Of a stretch of 64,000 nt of DNA, positions 1 to 11,659 are shown piece after piece (the stretch's first letter is position 1; every line of letters starts with the position of its first letter). A program made the translations under genes and the position numbers. Under the pieces are notes generated by a model. The model was not told the DNA's origin. It ran no database searches and was given only the letters and a program-made list of their open reading frames with translations. The stretch is from Podarcis cretensis (taxonomy: Eukaryota): the NCBI GenBank assembly GCA_951804945.1, contig OX638149.1, positions 88,412,001-88,476,000 of the forward strand. The letters are read 5' to 3'.

Positions 1-404
1 CTTAATAGTGAATCAAACACATACTCCTTTCAGAGTGTTGGGATTGGCATAGAAAAAGTCAGGCTTTTTCCTCTTGTAGTCAGCTATTTGCCCATTTGTC
101 AGTTACTTTCAGACATGCAGCTTGCTGTTGCAGGTACTTCTGGATCCCCACCCGGCTCTGTTATAACACTACCTGGCAGCAGCACCCGGGAGAAAAAGAG
201 TAGCCAATCGTTCTGGCATGGCAGATGCACAAAGCATGCAAAATGGCTGTGTGGGTGAATACAAGCAGTTATTAATTAAAACAAGGCTCTCTGGGATTGG
301 AGGCGTCTCTTGAGCCATTGCAAAGGTGGCTTATTGGCTGTCCTGAGAATGCTTCCACTGTGCTAAACCTTTCTTCTCTATCTTCTTTTGCCTTGTACTT
401 CCAG

Positions 405-3400
405 TTTTGTGCCAGAGTCTGCTCAGGATGCTTGATCTTAGCGATAGTAGGACACTATGTTCCTGGAATCATGATTTCCTACATTGTCTGTGAGTATAAC
501 TGGGCTGTTTTATCCCTTAAAATTAGACATGTGACTTAACTTAGCATATGCCCAGGAATTTTCTTTATCCAGCTCATTTAAAAGAAATTAAAAGCACATA
601 ATAGTTCCGACACCTTGTGGGGAACAGGGACACAGATTGAATTTAATGAGGCGCAGCTGATGGAGGGCTGGACACTGAGTAATCTTTGGAAAATTTGCTG
701 CTTCTTTGTCTCTGAGAATATATGCTTCTAACACTTTCTGGACTGTCTCCAGTGCTCAGTATCTTGCTGTGGCCGCTGGTGGTGTACCATGAACTTATCC
801 AGAGGATGTACACACGCTTGGAGCCCATTCTGATGAAACTGGACTACAGCATGAAGGTGGATACCTTGCATCTTAAACACGAAAAGAAAAGTAAGACAAC
901 AGCTCCACAGTACCTGAAATGCATAGCTTTTGATGATAGGATGCAGGATGTAAGTCCCAGCAAGTAAAAATTAGAAACTGGGCTGGCTAGCTAGGAGCAT
1001 TCAGTCCAGTGGGGTGAGGTCCAAAATCACTGGAGATGGCTGGATTTTAATTTGCATTATTGTCCAGTACAGTGGTACCTTGGGTTACAGACCCTTCAGG
1101 TTACAGACTCCGCTAACCCAGAAATAGTACCTCGGGTTAAGAACTTTGCTTCAGGATGAGGACCGAAATTGTGTGGTGGCGGCACGGCAGCAGCAGGAGG
1201 CACCATTAGCTAAAGTGGTATCGTGGGTTAAGAACAGTTTCAGATTAAGAACAGACCTCCAGAACGAATTAAGTTCTTAACCCGAGATATCACCGTACTG
1301 TGAGGAAGCACTGTCTGTATGAAGCTTCTGATAAAATATTCCCCTGGTCCTCTTCTTATAGGACTAGTTTGACTGATGTCCCATTAAGCATTTTGTATAT
1401 GTTTTCTAACAGAGCGTCAAGGAAAGAGTGAGCCCGAAGCTGGCAATGAGCTGATGGCAGAGACTGAAAGTGAGAGTGAGGCGGAGCTGTCTGGGTATTC
1501 TCCAGTGGTAAGAGCATGGGAAGGGATACATGTTGGTGTTGAGCTTCATTCCCAATAATTCATTTCTTTCAAGTGATGTGAGTTTGCCTGCAGGGTTGGA
1601 AGGTCTGAGATCTTGTACATGTTCCCTTCATAAAGGCTACTGTATTCAAGCTGATTTAGGAACTTGCAGGTTTTGGAGGGCCTTCTTCCCCCACCCTCAC
1701 CCCTTTGGGCCTTATCTTATCTTCTCAACACTATTATCACCAACTGCTCTTTTTTGTCATTGTTACCACCTATGTGCTTGCTGGGCAAAGAGCCAGTGAA
1801 CAAGCAGGTATTGGCATCTGTTGCCCCTCCTCACTTTCCCAGTGGTCTTGACCACAGCAAAAGGCAGGTGAACAAGGAGATTGCAATGATGAAGAGGCGG
1901 AGAAGGTCCAGTGGTGGCTCGTCAGTGGTCCCACTCCTGAAGTGTGGCCCCTTAGCAGATCCATCCTGACCCTTGATGCCTGTCCTGGAAACGTGGCATG
2001 ATACTTCAGATTCAGGGGGACAGAGAGGAGTGGTCAGGTTGGCATTGTTGGGGGCATCTCTCTCCAAATGCTCCCTCCAACTTCTGACTCTCCAACCTTT
2101 CTTTTCAGAGCCAAAATCACTCTATCTCTCAGGGTTTAGGTGGAAGAGTTAGTCTTGGAGGATAGCTCTTCCTCATTATTGCCATCACTAATTAGATATA
2201 TAACCAACCTGGTATGTTGGATCTGGGTTCAAATTCCTGTTTGGTCAGAGTGGGTCAAGTGGGTTAACTGTTTAAGACACAACAGCATGTCCAATTTTAA
2301 ATCCGGAAAATAAGATGGCAGAATCCCAAGTCACTGATTCCTCTACAGTTAATCTTACAACTAATTTTTGTAATTGGAATATCCATCTTTTTGATAATCC
2401 ATGCATTGTTTCCATTCAGTAAAAGGTTAATATTTTTAGTGCATCCCTCTTTGAAATCCAAGTTAATATTGGCTCAGACTCTGACGGCAGAGATTCTAGG
2501 CTAACAGGTGGCACCTAGTGGCTCCACTGTAAGGTGTAGATTTTTAGCCACAAGAACAAAAAATGTCCTCACGCTCCTCCTTTTTGCAGGTGGATGTGAA
2601 GAAGACAGCTCTGGCGTTGTCAATTACAGACTCTGAGCTCTCTGATGAGGAGGCCTCTATCCTGGAGAGTGGAGGCTTCACTGTCTCCAGAGCTACCACA
2701 CCACAGCTGACCGACCTGTCTGAAGGTGCCATTTTCTTACTCCCCAAACCCAAATGCTGCATATTATTTGGGGCCGCTGTGTGGTAGAGTACAAGTTGTG
2801 TGTTCCCTTCTAGAGTGTTCAGAGATCAAAACTAGGATATGAAGGGTAGTTGTAGGGCTTAGAATTCATGAGAATGATGAACTTTGGGTTGAAAAGGACC
2901 AAAATTAAATCTGATTCCTGATTTCCAGACTTTGAGTGGCCCCTGAATACAGCTGTCTTCACCAGGAAACATGGATGTACTTGTTTACTATATTTTTACA
3001 TGTTACCGTGCAGAGTCCAGTGTCTTTATTATATCTTGATTGATGATAGACATCCAGGACTGTTCTGTAACTTGCAGGCCATTGGGAGAATGCAAGTAGC
3101 TCCCTTACTATGGTTACTGGTGCCACACACAAACAGCCCCAAGTTCTTCTGCAGCATTGTGAAGTCTTCAGGGATTAGCTGTCCACTCTAGGCTCTCCTT
3201 GCCTGAGCTTTGATCCCCCTATACTCTTCTCCCCCACCTAAGATGAACAGCTGACATTACCAAGGCAACATATTTCACTGAGGATTGCAGTCCTTGAGGC
3301 TGTAAGCCAAAAAGACTCACTTCTTCGACCAATCCATTTCCTTGTCACCCTAGCCTTGCCTTACATCAGGAGTGGTAAACCTTTTAAGACCAAGGACAGC

Positions 3401-6400
3401 ATTTCCTCTCTGCCAGTGATTGGTGGACTGAGCAGAAAATGTAAATTTTGCCTCTGTATAGTAGGCTACTTTCTAAGCACGCTTGCACACCCATTTCTCT
3501 CCTCCATTCAGGCCAGCAAGAGGCAGTATCAGAATTCAGTGACACATCCCAGCCAGGCAAAAACACTCAAGGAAGGGTACAAACCAGGCTGGTAAAAGGT
3601 GTGGCTTTGGCAGAGAAGGGTGTGGTGAAGTAGAAAGTGTAGCCTTACCAAATCCTGAGGGCCAGATGGAGAGGCTTAGAAGGCTGCATCTGGCCCCCGA
3701 ACCTGAACTTCCTTTCCCCTGAACATAACTTTTATTCATTTGCAAGCCTCCTACCCCCACACCACACACAACAGTGTAAATTGCAAATCAGAAAGGACGG
3801 TATTTTAATGCAGAAATTAGCACACTTGTACTATATAGGTGTTGTAGTAGCTAGTGGTAATGTGGTATCATTACTGCTAAATCTCTGTGTATGTGAAAAT
3901 CCAAAGTATTGGATCTTGTTCCATAATAGCTCATTTACACACTTAGAAGTAGCAGTTGCAGCCAATTCCACTGCAGTAGCATGCAGAGCTTTTCCTGAGG
4001 CTTTACCAATGAGGAAGAACCTGGTGGAGTAACTTCAGGGAGCCCCAGCCTGCAATGCTAAGTATGATTGTGTTTGTTTGTATAGTGCCTTAGAGTGCTT
4101 TGAAGCACATCAGCTTTATTATCATGTTATCCTAGCTGACTTGTATGATAGGTCAGGGTTGTTGCCATGGTACATGTTAGCACCAATGACGTGGGGAAAT
4201 GTCATGTAACCCTGGAAACACAATTTAGGTAGCTAAGTTGGAGCTTGAGAGCCAGGACCTTCACGGTAGATTTATTTTAAATGCTACCTTTTCCTTGCAC
4301 AAGGCCAGCTAGACAGGCAGGGTTGAGTAGTTCAGTGTATGGGTGAGTTGGTGGAGAGGTTTGGATTTGTTAAGCACTGAGAAATGTTCTGGGACAAGCC
4401 AGGCCTGTACAGAAGGGGCAGGCTCCATTTCAGCTGGGACGGAACCAGACTGTATATGCTTAAAAGGTGGCAGAGCAGCTATTCAGCTGTTTGCTGGGAG
4501 AAAGCCACTTGAAGCTGAGGAGCATCTTATTTGGGGCAAACCATCCAGGGGAATCCAGGAAATTTCAGGGTGGTTAGTTTAATGTCTCTTCTGGGAAAAC
4601 TGGTGGCAAGCATAATTAAAGATTGGAATACCAAGCATATAGAAGGACAAGCTTTGCTGAGTCAGAATCAGTGTGGCTTCTGCAAGGGTAAGTCCTGTGT
4701 TTTAGAATGTCAGCAAGCACATAGAAAGAAAGAAGTGATCCAATTGACATAGTGTACTTAAACTTTCAAAAAGCCATTGACTATGGAGTCCCTTGCCCAA
4801 GACACCTGATTAAGTTTAGCAGCTGTGAAATAAGAGGACATGCTGTTATAGATCAGGACTGGTTAAGAAACAGCAGAGAGTAGAAATTAATGAAGGGTTT
4901 TCCCAATGCAGTGGTGTCCAAACTTTTTTCAAAGAGGGCCAGATTTGATGTAGTGAAGGGCCATGAGGGCCAATCAAAGGGCCAACCAAAGTTTTTAAGC
5001 TTTTTTCAGGATTAAAGTTGTGGAGGTTTTTTTTAGGATTTTACCCCAGGAAATAAACAGCCACAGGGGCCGGATTAAACCTACGAGCACGGCCGAATTA
5101 GGCCCCCCAAATGGACTTTGGACATGCCTGCAATAGAGGGATGTAGGAAGTGGGGTCCACCAAGGTTTGGTGTTGGTACCAGTGCTTTTTAAACTTGTTC
5201 ATAAATGATCTAGAGTTGGGAGTGAACAATAAGGTAGCCAAGTTTGCTGCTGATACTAAATTGTTTGGGGTGGTTAAAACAGAAAGGAATTGCGATGGGC
5301 TTCAAAAGGAGAAGTAGACATTAAAATGGGAAATGCAATTAAATGTAAGCAATGTAAGATTATGCATGGTGTAGAGAAAGAGAGGTGTTTCTCATAATAC
5401 AAAAATCTGAGGACATGTAATGAAGCTGCATGTTAGAAGATTCAGAACAACAAGAGGAGGTTCACATAGCACATACCGTAATTTAAACTATGGAATTAGT
5501 TCCAACAAGACGTAGTAATGGCCACCAATGTGGATGGATTTCAAAGACAAATTTCTGCATGATAAAGCTATCAATGGCTGCTGGCCACAATGGCTTTGTT
5601 CACCATCCACTAGTGTGTCTGAATTCCAGTTGCTGGGAGTTCCAAGTGGGAAGAGTGCTGTTTCGCTCATATCCTGCTTGTGGATTTCTCATAGGCATAT
5701 GAGAACAGGATGCAGGACTAGATGGGGCTTAGGTCTGATTCAGCAAGGCTGTTCTTATGTTTTTATTGCCCCCATATTGTAGTGCAGGGGGCAGGAGTGA
5801 GAATGAGATAGTGGTGGTATATCTAAAGCACCTAATGAGTACATGGCAAAAGTGAGATTCAAACCAAGGAATTCCTGATTTGTACACACTCTTCATAGCC
5901 ACTATGATACGCAGCTTTCATACATCAGCATTAACGTGCATGATACTGCATACATTTACCAACTCAGATTTGTTCTGGTGAGATGATTGAACAAGAAAGA
6001 AAAGCAGTAGCAAGATCATAGTGGGGTTGTTGACTTTTAATCAGGGAGTACAACTATAGAACAGCAGTAACTGACCTGTTAATGAGAGAATAGGAAAGAA
6101 CATTTCTGTGCAAGGTCAGGATAAGATGATAAGGAGGCACACAAAGGCAAGTACAGTAAGTGTATTCAGAAAACAGACTGGCAGCTGAGCTTGGAATGGC
6201 AATTGATGATTGAGAACAGGGAATTCTGGGGTGTTTGAGGAGGCCATGTTCATACTCCCAATATGCTTTTCAGATCTGGACCAGCAGAGCCTTCCCAGTG
6301 AGCCAGAAGAGTCCTTCTCCAAGGACTTGGCAGAGTTTCCTTCTGTGGAAGAGTTTCATTCCAGAGACTTGGGACCACCCAGTGAGGATGACAACTTTGC

Positions 6401-6953
6401 AGTGCCTGCCCACACTGCCCACCAACTGGACTCGGCTGAGAAAGACGGTGTGACGGCAGCAGCCATGAGTTCAGACACATCCATCCTGTGCCTGGCCTCA
6501 CCCCTGCACTTTGTAAATACGCACTTCAACGGGAACGGGCAGGCAGTGGCAGGAGGAGCCCTGGAGCCCCAACCTGTCACTGCCCAAGGCCTGGGGCTGC
6601 ACATCGATTCACTGAGCCAAGAGATTGTCACCACCGCTATCAGTACAGTAGTGCAGAACACCCTGTCGGCCCTGCTCCGCTCCTCTGAGGACAACGAGGG
6701 GCCTTCTCTCTCTGAGTTCCTGCCCACTGAGCCCGAGGAGAGACTGAGCTTCCAGGCCCAGCTGTCTGAGAGTGCGGAGGTGGGGGCAGCCTCTCTGCCT
6801 GGGGAGGAAGAGGAGGAGGAAGCTGATGATTTTGAGCTGCTTGATCAGAGGGAGCTGGAGCAGATGGATGCAGAGCTTGGCCTTTCTGGAGAGACAGAGG
6901 CTCCAGCGACACCGGCTCTCCCTCCTGAAGAAGAATCCTTGCCCAGCTCCTAG
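405..6953 (+). CDS. RETREG2: Reticulophagy regulator 2 (FAM134A), 3' part; 5' exons lie upstream of the window
   Basis: Phase-consistent GT-AG exons: 405-489 ([28 protein letters not shown]), 753-890 ([35 protein letters not shown]), 1413-1507 (..[16 protein letters not shown]), 2590-2725 ([30 protein letters not shown]), 6274-6953 (stop TAG). Shows the end of the reticulon-homology domain and an acidic tail with the FAM134 LIR motif DDFELL (6825-6842). Confidence 0.95.
1070..1295. mobile_element. Tc1/mariner-type non-autonomous DNA transposon (MITE)
   Basis: Imperfect TIRs CAGTGGTACCTTGGGTTA / TAACCCGAGATATCACCG flanked by TA; second copy at 42177-42401. Confidence 0.8.
4520..5760 (+). mobile_element. 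Decayed CR1 LINE fragment (RT region to 3' end), interrupted by a MITE
   Basis: Remnant peptide [33 protein letters not shown]; GGGGTCCACCAAGGTTTGGTGTTGG (GVPQGSVLG-like) and AAGTTTGCTGCTGATACTAAA (KFADDTK-like); tail TTCTTATGTT. Confidence 0.8.
4909..5130. mobile_element. hAT-like MITE nested in the CR1 fragment
   Basis: TIRs CAGTGGTGTCCAAA / TTTGGACATGCCTG; GGGCC subterminal motifs. Confidence 0.65.
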
Positions 6954-9238
6954 GTCCCACTGCTCCCCTGTATTTCTGCAGCTGCAAGGGAAGGACAAGT
7001 GAACACACAGCAGAGTTTGGTCACTGCTGACTGGGGACGGCAAAACATCCACATTCACAGTGTTATGTCTGGAATAGTGAGTCCTCTTCCTAGTGTTGGC
7101 CTTCCCAGAAGAGTGTTGCGTCTTGCCCACGCTTCCTAGTGGTGATGCAATCTTTTTGGTCTGCTGCTGCAATTTGTCTGTCTTTGTCTATTCGTTTTGT
7201 TTTTTTGCACGCCGCATCCTCAGCTAGATATCCCCGCTGCTCGCACCCACTGTTCATGCCCCCCCCAGTAGGAAGGAAAGCAGTTTTATTGGATGAAGGG
7301 GGGTGCCAGGGGGTCTTCATTGTAAATATTTTTATGAAAACTTTGGTTTGTTTAGTTGGGAAGAGGGATTGGTGGTATGGAGAAAACGGGTTGAGGTGGA
7401 TTTTCCCCCTTGAGTTAGAAATTTGGGGGTGGAGGGGAAGTAGGGCTTCAAAGGAGACATTGTGTGGAGTATATTTGCTGTCAGGACAAGATGAGGGGGC
7501 ACAATTGAGCTTTGTTTCCCACCTTGTACAAGAATAGCAGCTGCTTTTGCACTTCCGAGCACTAGCCCTTTCCCTTACTTTCACCCTACAACCCAATTTC
7601 CTTTATTCAGTTGTGTGAATATGACACCTGATTTGGGCTCCAGGAAGTGGGTAGTCTGGTCCTGTAGATTCTCAACTCCAAGGCCAGGCTGCCTGCAGGC
7701 TCTTTAATCCACTTGGGAAAACACAAGCAATTTGCAGTGACTTGAAAGCTTCCTCTTCCACTGCTGCACTTTAAAAGCAAAATCCCCTTATATCTACTTC
7801 TTGTCACCTTTCTCTAAGGCCTGGCTGAGCCAGCTCTGGCCTATGATGCACCCTGGCCAGAGCACAATCTTCTGCTGCCCTCAGCCTTGCCTTAGGGAAA
7901 AGAGCAGAGCAGCTTGAAAAGGAATGATGCGTGTGGGACATTGGGAAAAACATTCTCCAACTCCAAGCTCTCTAGGCTTATCTCCACTCTACTCCCACTC
8001 TCAAATCACTTTTGAAACCTCAGGGGTTTCACTCTTTATAGTCTTTTGCTAATTGGAGTAGTGTGCCCATTTATGTTCTCAGGAGAAAGGAGGGACTAAA
8101 TAGGAGTGGAGGATTGTTTGGGTTTTTTTCTCCAAAGGTGGTTACTGCCCCTGATACCTATTGCTGCTTGCACAGGTTTGCAGAATATTAATTCTAGGAT
8201 CTGATGGCTGAGTCTTTCAAATATTGATTTTAAGTTGCAATGATAAAGTGGGTTTTTAATTAAATGGAAACAGAGATGCCCCCTATTGGGTGTGTATCTT
8301 TGTTAAGAGGCATCAGTCTGTCTTCAGGAATAGCGTTCTTGGCTGAGTGGATACTGCTTGCTCCCAGTAATGGATCTCATTTTTTGCCTCTTTTCCAATG
8401 ATTGCTGGAGAAGCTGGGTGGGTTGGGGAGTGTCATGAATTGGCCATTTTCTTGCTGTTGAAAATTTTCAAGCTGGGCACTTCCAGGCGATTCCTGACGC
8501 TTTCACATTCTCACAAGTGACTGCAGCTTTGCAGATGCAGGCCCTGAAGCTGTGATAGCTTGCCCTGCAGGCCTCAGCATTTTAAACTGCACTTCTGAGA
8601 GTTTATGACCAAGGTGAAGGTGCTGCCTCTCAGCAAGAGGGGCCACCAATCAATTCCAAGCACATTTGCGAGACCCCAGTTCTTGCCTTTTGCACCCTTC
8701 AAGTTTCATCACTTGCTGAGTCAGTCACTGGCCCAATCTTTGTATCGAGGATGGCTGCCTGTCTCAGGTTCCTTCAGTCAAATGATCTTGTTCTCCAGAG
8801 TTGGTTTCCTTTCTGACCTGTGTTGCCTGCCCCATCCCATCCCAGCCCCAGTCAAATGTTGAGGGGAGGATGCCTGTTAATACAGCTTCCTCCTAATGTC
8901 TGCACTTTGGAAATGGGCAGCCACATAGCACTGAGTGTTGAGCTTGCTCGCCTTTGTGTTGTGTCCTGAGCACAAATTTTGCTACCCCTACCACCAGCCA
9001 GAAGCCCTAGCTTTCCCATTCTGGTGCAGGAGGCATGTTATATGTTTGTGTTTTTCTCTGAAGCTCTAAGCTGTCTTCCTCTCCTTTGGTGGCAACAGCG
9101 CCATAATGCTCCATGATAGGGGCCTTCTGAGGAAGGGCTGGGAGGCTGCTGATGTCACCCAGGAAAGGCAGAGGGCTTTGAACTGTGTAGCGGTGTTTAT
9201 TCTATGGCTAAATATTTAAAACAAACTGTAGTCTTTTT

Positions 9239-9244
9239 AATAAA
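9239..9244 (+). terminator. Probable polyadenylation signal of RETREG2 (3' UTR ~2.3 kb)
   Basis: AATAAA followed by a GT/T-rich stretch, downstream of the stop at 6953. Confidence 0.6.
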
Positions 9245-11164
9245 AAAGGTTCAAAGATGTGAATTTTGGGTTAAAAATTCTAACTCTTCATCTTATCCAA
9301 TCACTCAGAAACCCCGCCTTTCTCAATTTCTCTGGTATCCCTAATGCACTGGGATCTGGCAGCCATTTTAAGCCTATGTCCAGATGGTTATTACCCTAGT
9401 TATGGTCTTTCCTGATAGTATTCAGTATTCCATTGCACATGCATTGCAGCTCCACTAAGACGCCATTGTTCGCTCAAATTCGGGAAGTTATGTCCAGTGT
9501 TCAGTAACTGCTGTAGGTGAGCAGCTGGCACAACCTTGAACTGAAGGCAAGATGGCATTAATGCTACACGAGCCATCATATCCTTTAGTATCTTCTCAGT
9601 TCCAGTTCTCACAACCACCCAAAGTTGTAGTAAGCATGTGCCTTGTACTATGTCAGGATCCAGGTGGGAATACACACAATTGCATGCTGTACCATACAGT
9701 TTTGTTTGTTGTTGAAAACTAGTGCATTTGGAGTGAAGAATAGAACTTTGCTCTTCATGCTAATGGACACGACAGCTTGAGGTGGTTTCTTAATGCTGCT
9801 GTTCCCCTTTATTGCTTCTCATTTAACAGCTACCCTAAGGTAACTGAGAAGTCTGTAAAGCCTATTAACAGCAGGTGTCATTTGAGGTTGGATAGCTGAG
9901 TAAATTAAAGGAATAGAGATACAGCTATAACTCTCCTAACTCATCTAACCTAAGTTTTTCCATGCAATGTGGAAACCGTTGTCAGTTCAGCTTCCTTTTC
10001 TGCTAGATTCTCAAAGCAAGATGATTAATCCAGTTTAGCTGCTTTTGATTCTATGTCCCCGGAGTTCAGCCCCCATGCACAGCAAAGATGGACTTTCCAA
10101 ACAAATGGTGCTAAGCTTGCAAAATTAGTTTACTACAGGTGCATTGGGTTCTTCAGCATATATGGTTTTCAGCCCATGGACTGCATTCCCTTCAGGCAGG
10201 CTTCCAAGGACCACAGTGCTGGTGATTGTAAATTTTAACTTTGAACTGTAGGTTCTTTCTATCCTACATCCAGGCAAGCAAAGGGCATTATCACAATGCT
10301 AGGACACATTTCAGCCAGGCAAAAACACTCAAGCGGGGCTGCTAAGAAGAGTCCTAAGGATTAGATAGTGAGGCTTGGTGGACTGCATTTCGGGCCCGAG
10401 CCTGAGTTTTCTTATCTCAGACACACTGCGTGATACAGTAGCTCTCACAAAAGCCTGCTTTTATTTGAGTGTAAGATTATGGCTCACATATCCACATTTA
10501 TGCAGAAGTAAGCCCTACAATGTTCAGCATAGCTTGTTTACAGCTGAATGTGTTTAGAATTGCAACCTTACTTTTTTCATTTGTACATTCCCCCACTAAT
10601 TTCCAACACAAATATGGAAGATAATTTTTCATGTTCAATTTTGTAACAAATGTTTCAAGTTAGGTAGATTATGTGGCAAAATGTTCATATATTTTCTGCA
10701 TCTAAGTGTGTTTTTGGCTTAGGGTGTAATTCAGTGTAGCACTTAGTGGTGTAGGTATGCATGAAATGAGGTCCCCAATCCTCTAGCACAAATTTTAGGG
10801 GAAGAGGGAGTCCTGTTGCATGAATGGATGCCATTCTGCACCCACAACTTATTTTTTAAGACCTTTGGGTGGGATTCAACTCTCTTCCACCAATTGCCTC
10901 TAGGCTACATCCATATGGAGGAACATGTGAGAAAACAAACCAGGTTTTATTACAAAAGCACACTATTAAATATAAAAAAAAACAAGAGACCAACTGGGTC
11001 AGGGTCCTAGTCAAAGAAATACTGAAACAAATAATGCATGCAATCCATTACAGTTGATCAGAGGCTCCAGGGGGGATACTATAACTCCTATCAAAAACTG
11101 AAAATGCTTCCTGCCTTCTGACCCACAACTTAACCTGCAAAAGTCAAAGCAAAAGAGGTACTAC

Positions 11165-11170
11165 TTTATT
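11165..11170 (-). terminator. Candidate polyadenylation signal of STK36
   Basis: TTTATT on + (AATAAA on -), ~490 nt past the stop codon. Confidence 0.45.
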
Positions 11171-11659
11171 CTGGCCAGCGATGCCACTGTTCTCTTTTCT
11201 GCTTTTAAGTAGCGATGCTTGGTGACTTGTGGCTGTCCACTCTTATTCTTCAAGGGGAAAGGAAGAAATTCTCAGAAAAAAAGAAAAAACAACTTCATGA
11301 AAGACCAGTATCCCAAGGCACTTAATGTAGAGTGCACTGAGCTAAGGTTTTTGCTACACATGAGCTACACGTCTTGTTTAGGTAGGAGAACACAGCAGCT
11401 TGGCTTTTTCCGTGGATGGTTCATAGCAAGAAAATGGTGAATGGATCTGAACAGCCGACTGTGGCACCTCTGTTCAGATGATGTAAAACAGAGTTCTACT
11501 TCCAACTATTTCCAACTTCAGCTAGAAAGACTAGCACGCTCTTGACATTTTGGCATATCGAAGGCCACTCCAAGACAGTAGCTGCAATCATATTTCAGCT
11601 CCATGGTTCTCAAAACCTGGTGTTTGGAAGGAAGAGCACATTGGAACCCTCTTGAATTC

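Noticed and set aside
6356-7596. Several overlapping minus-strand ORFs over the RETREG2 last exon and UTR
   Set aside because: Shadow ORFs of a GC-rich coding exon; no independent coding signal.
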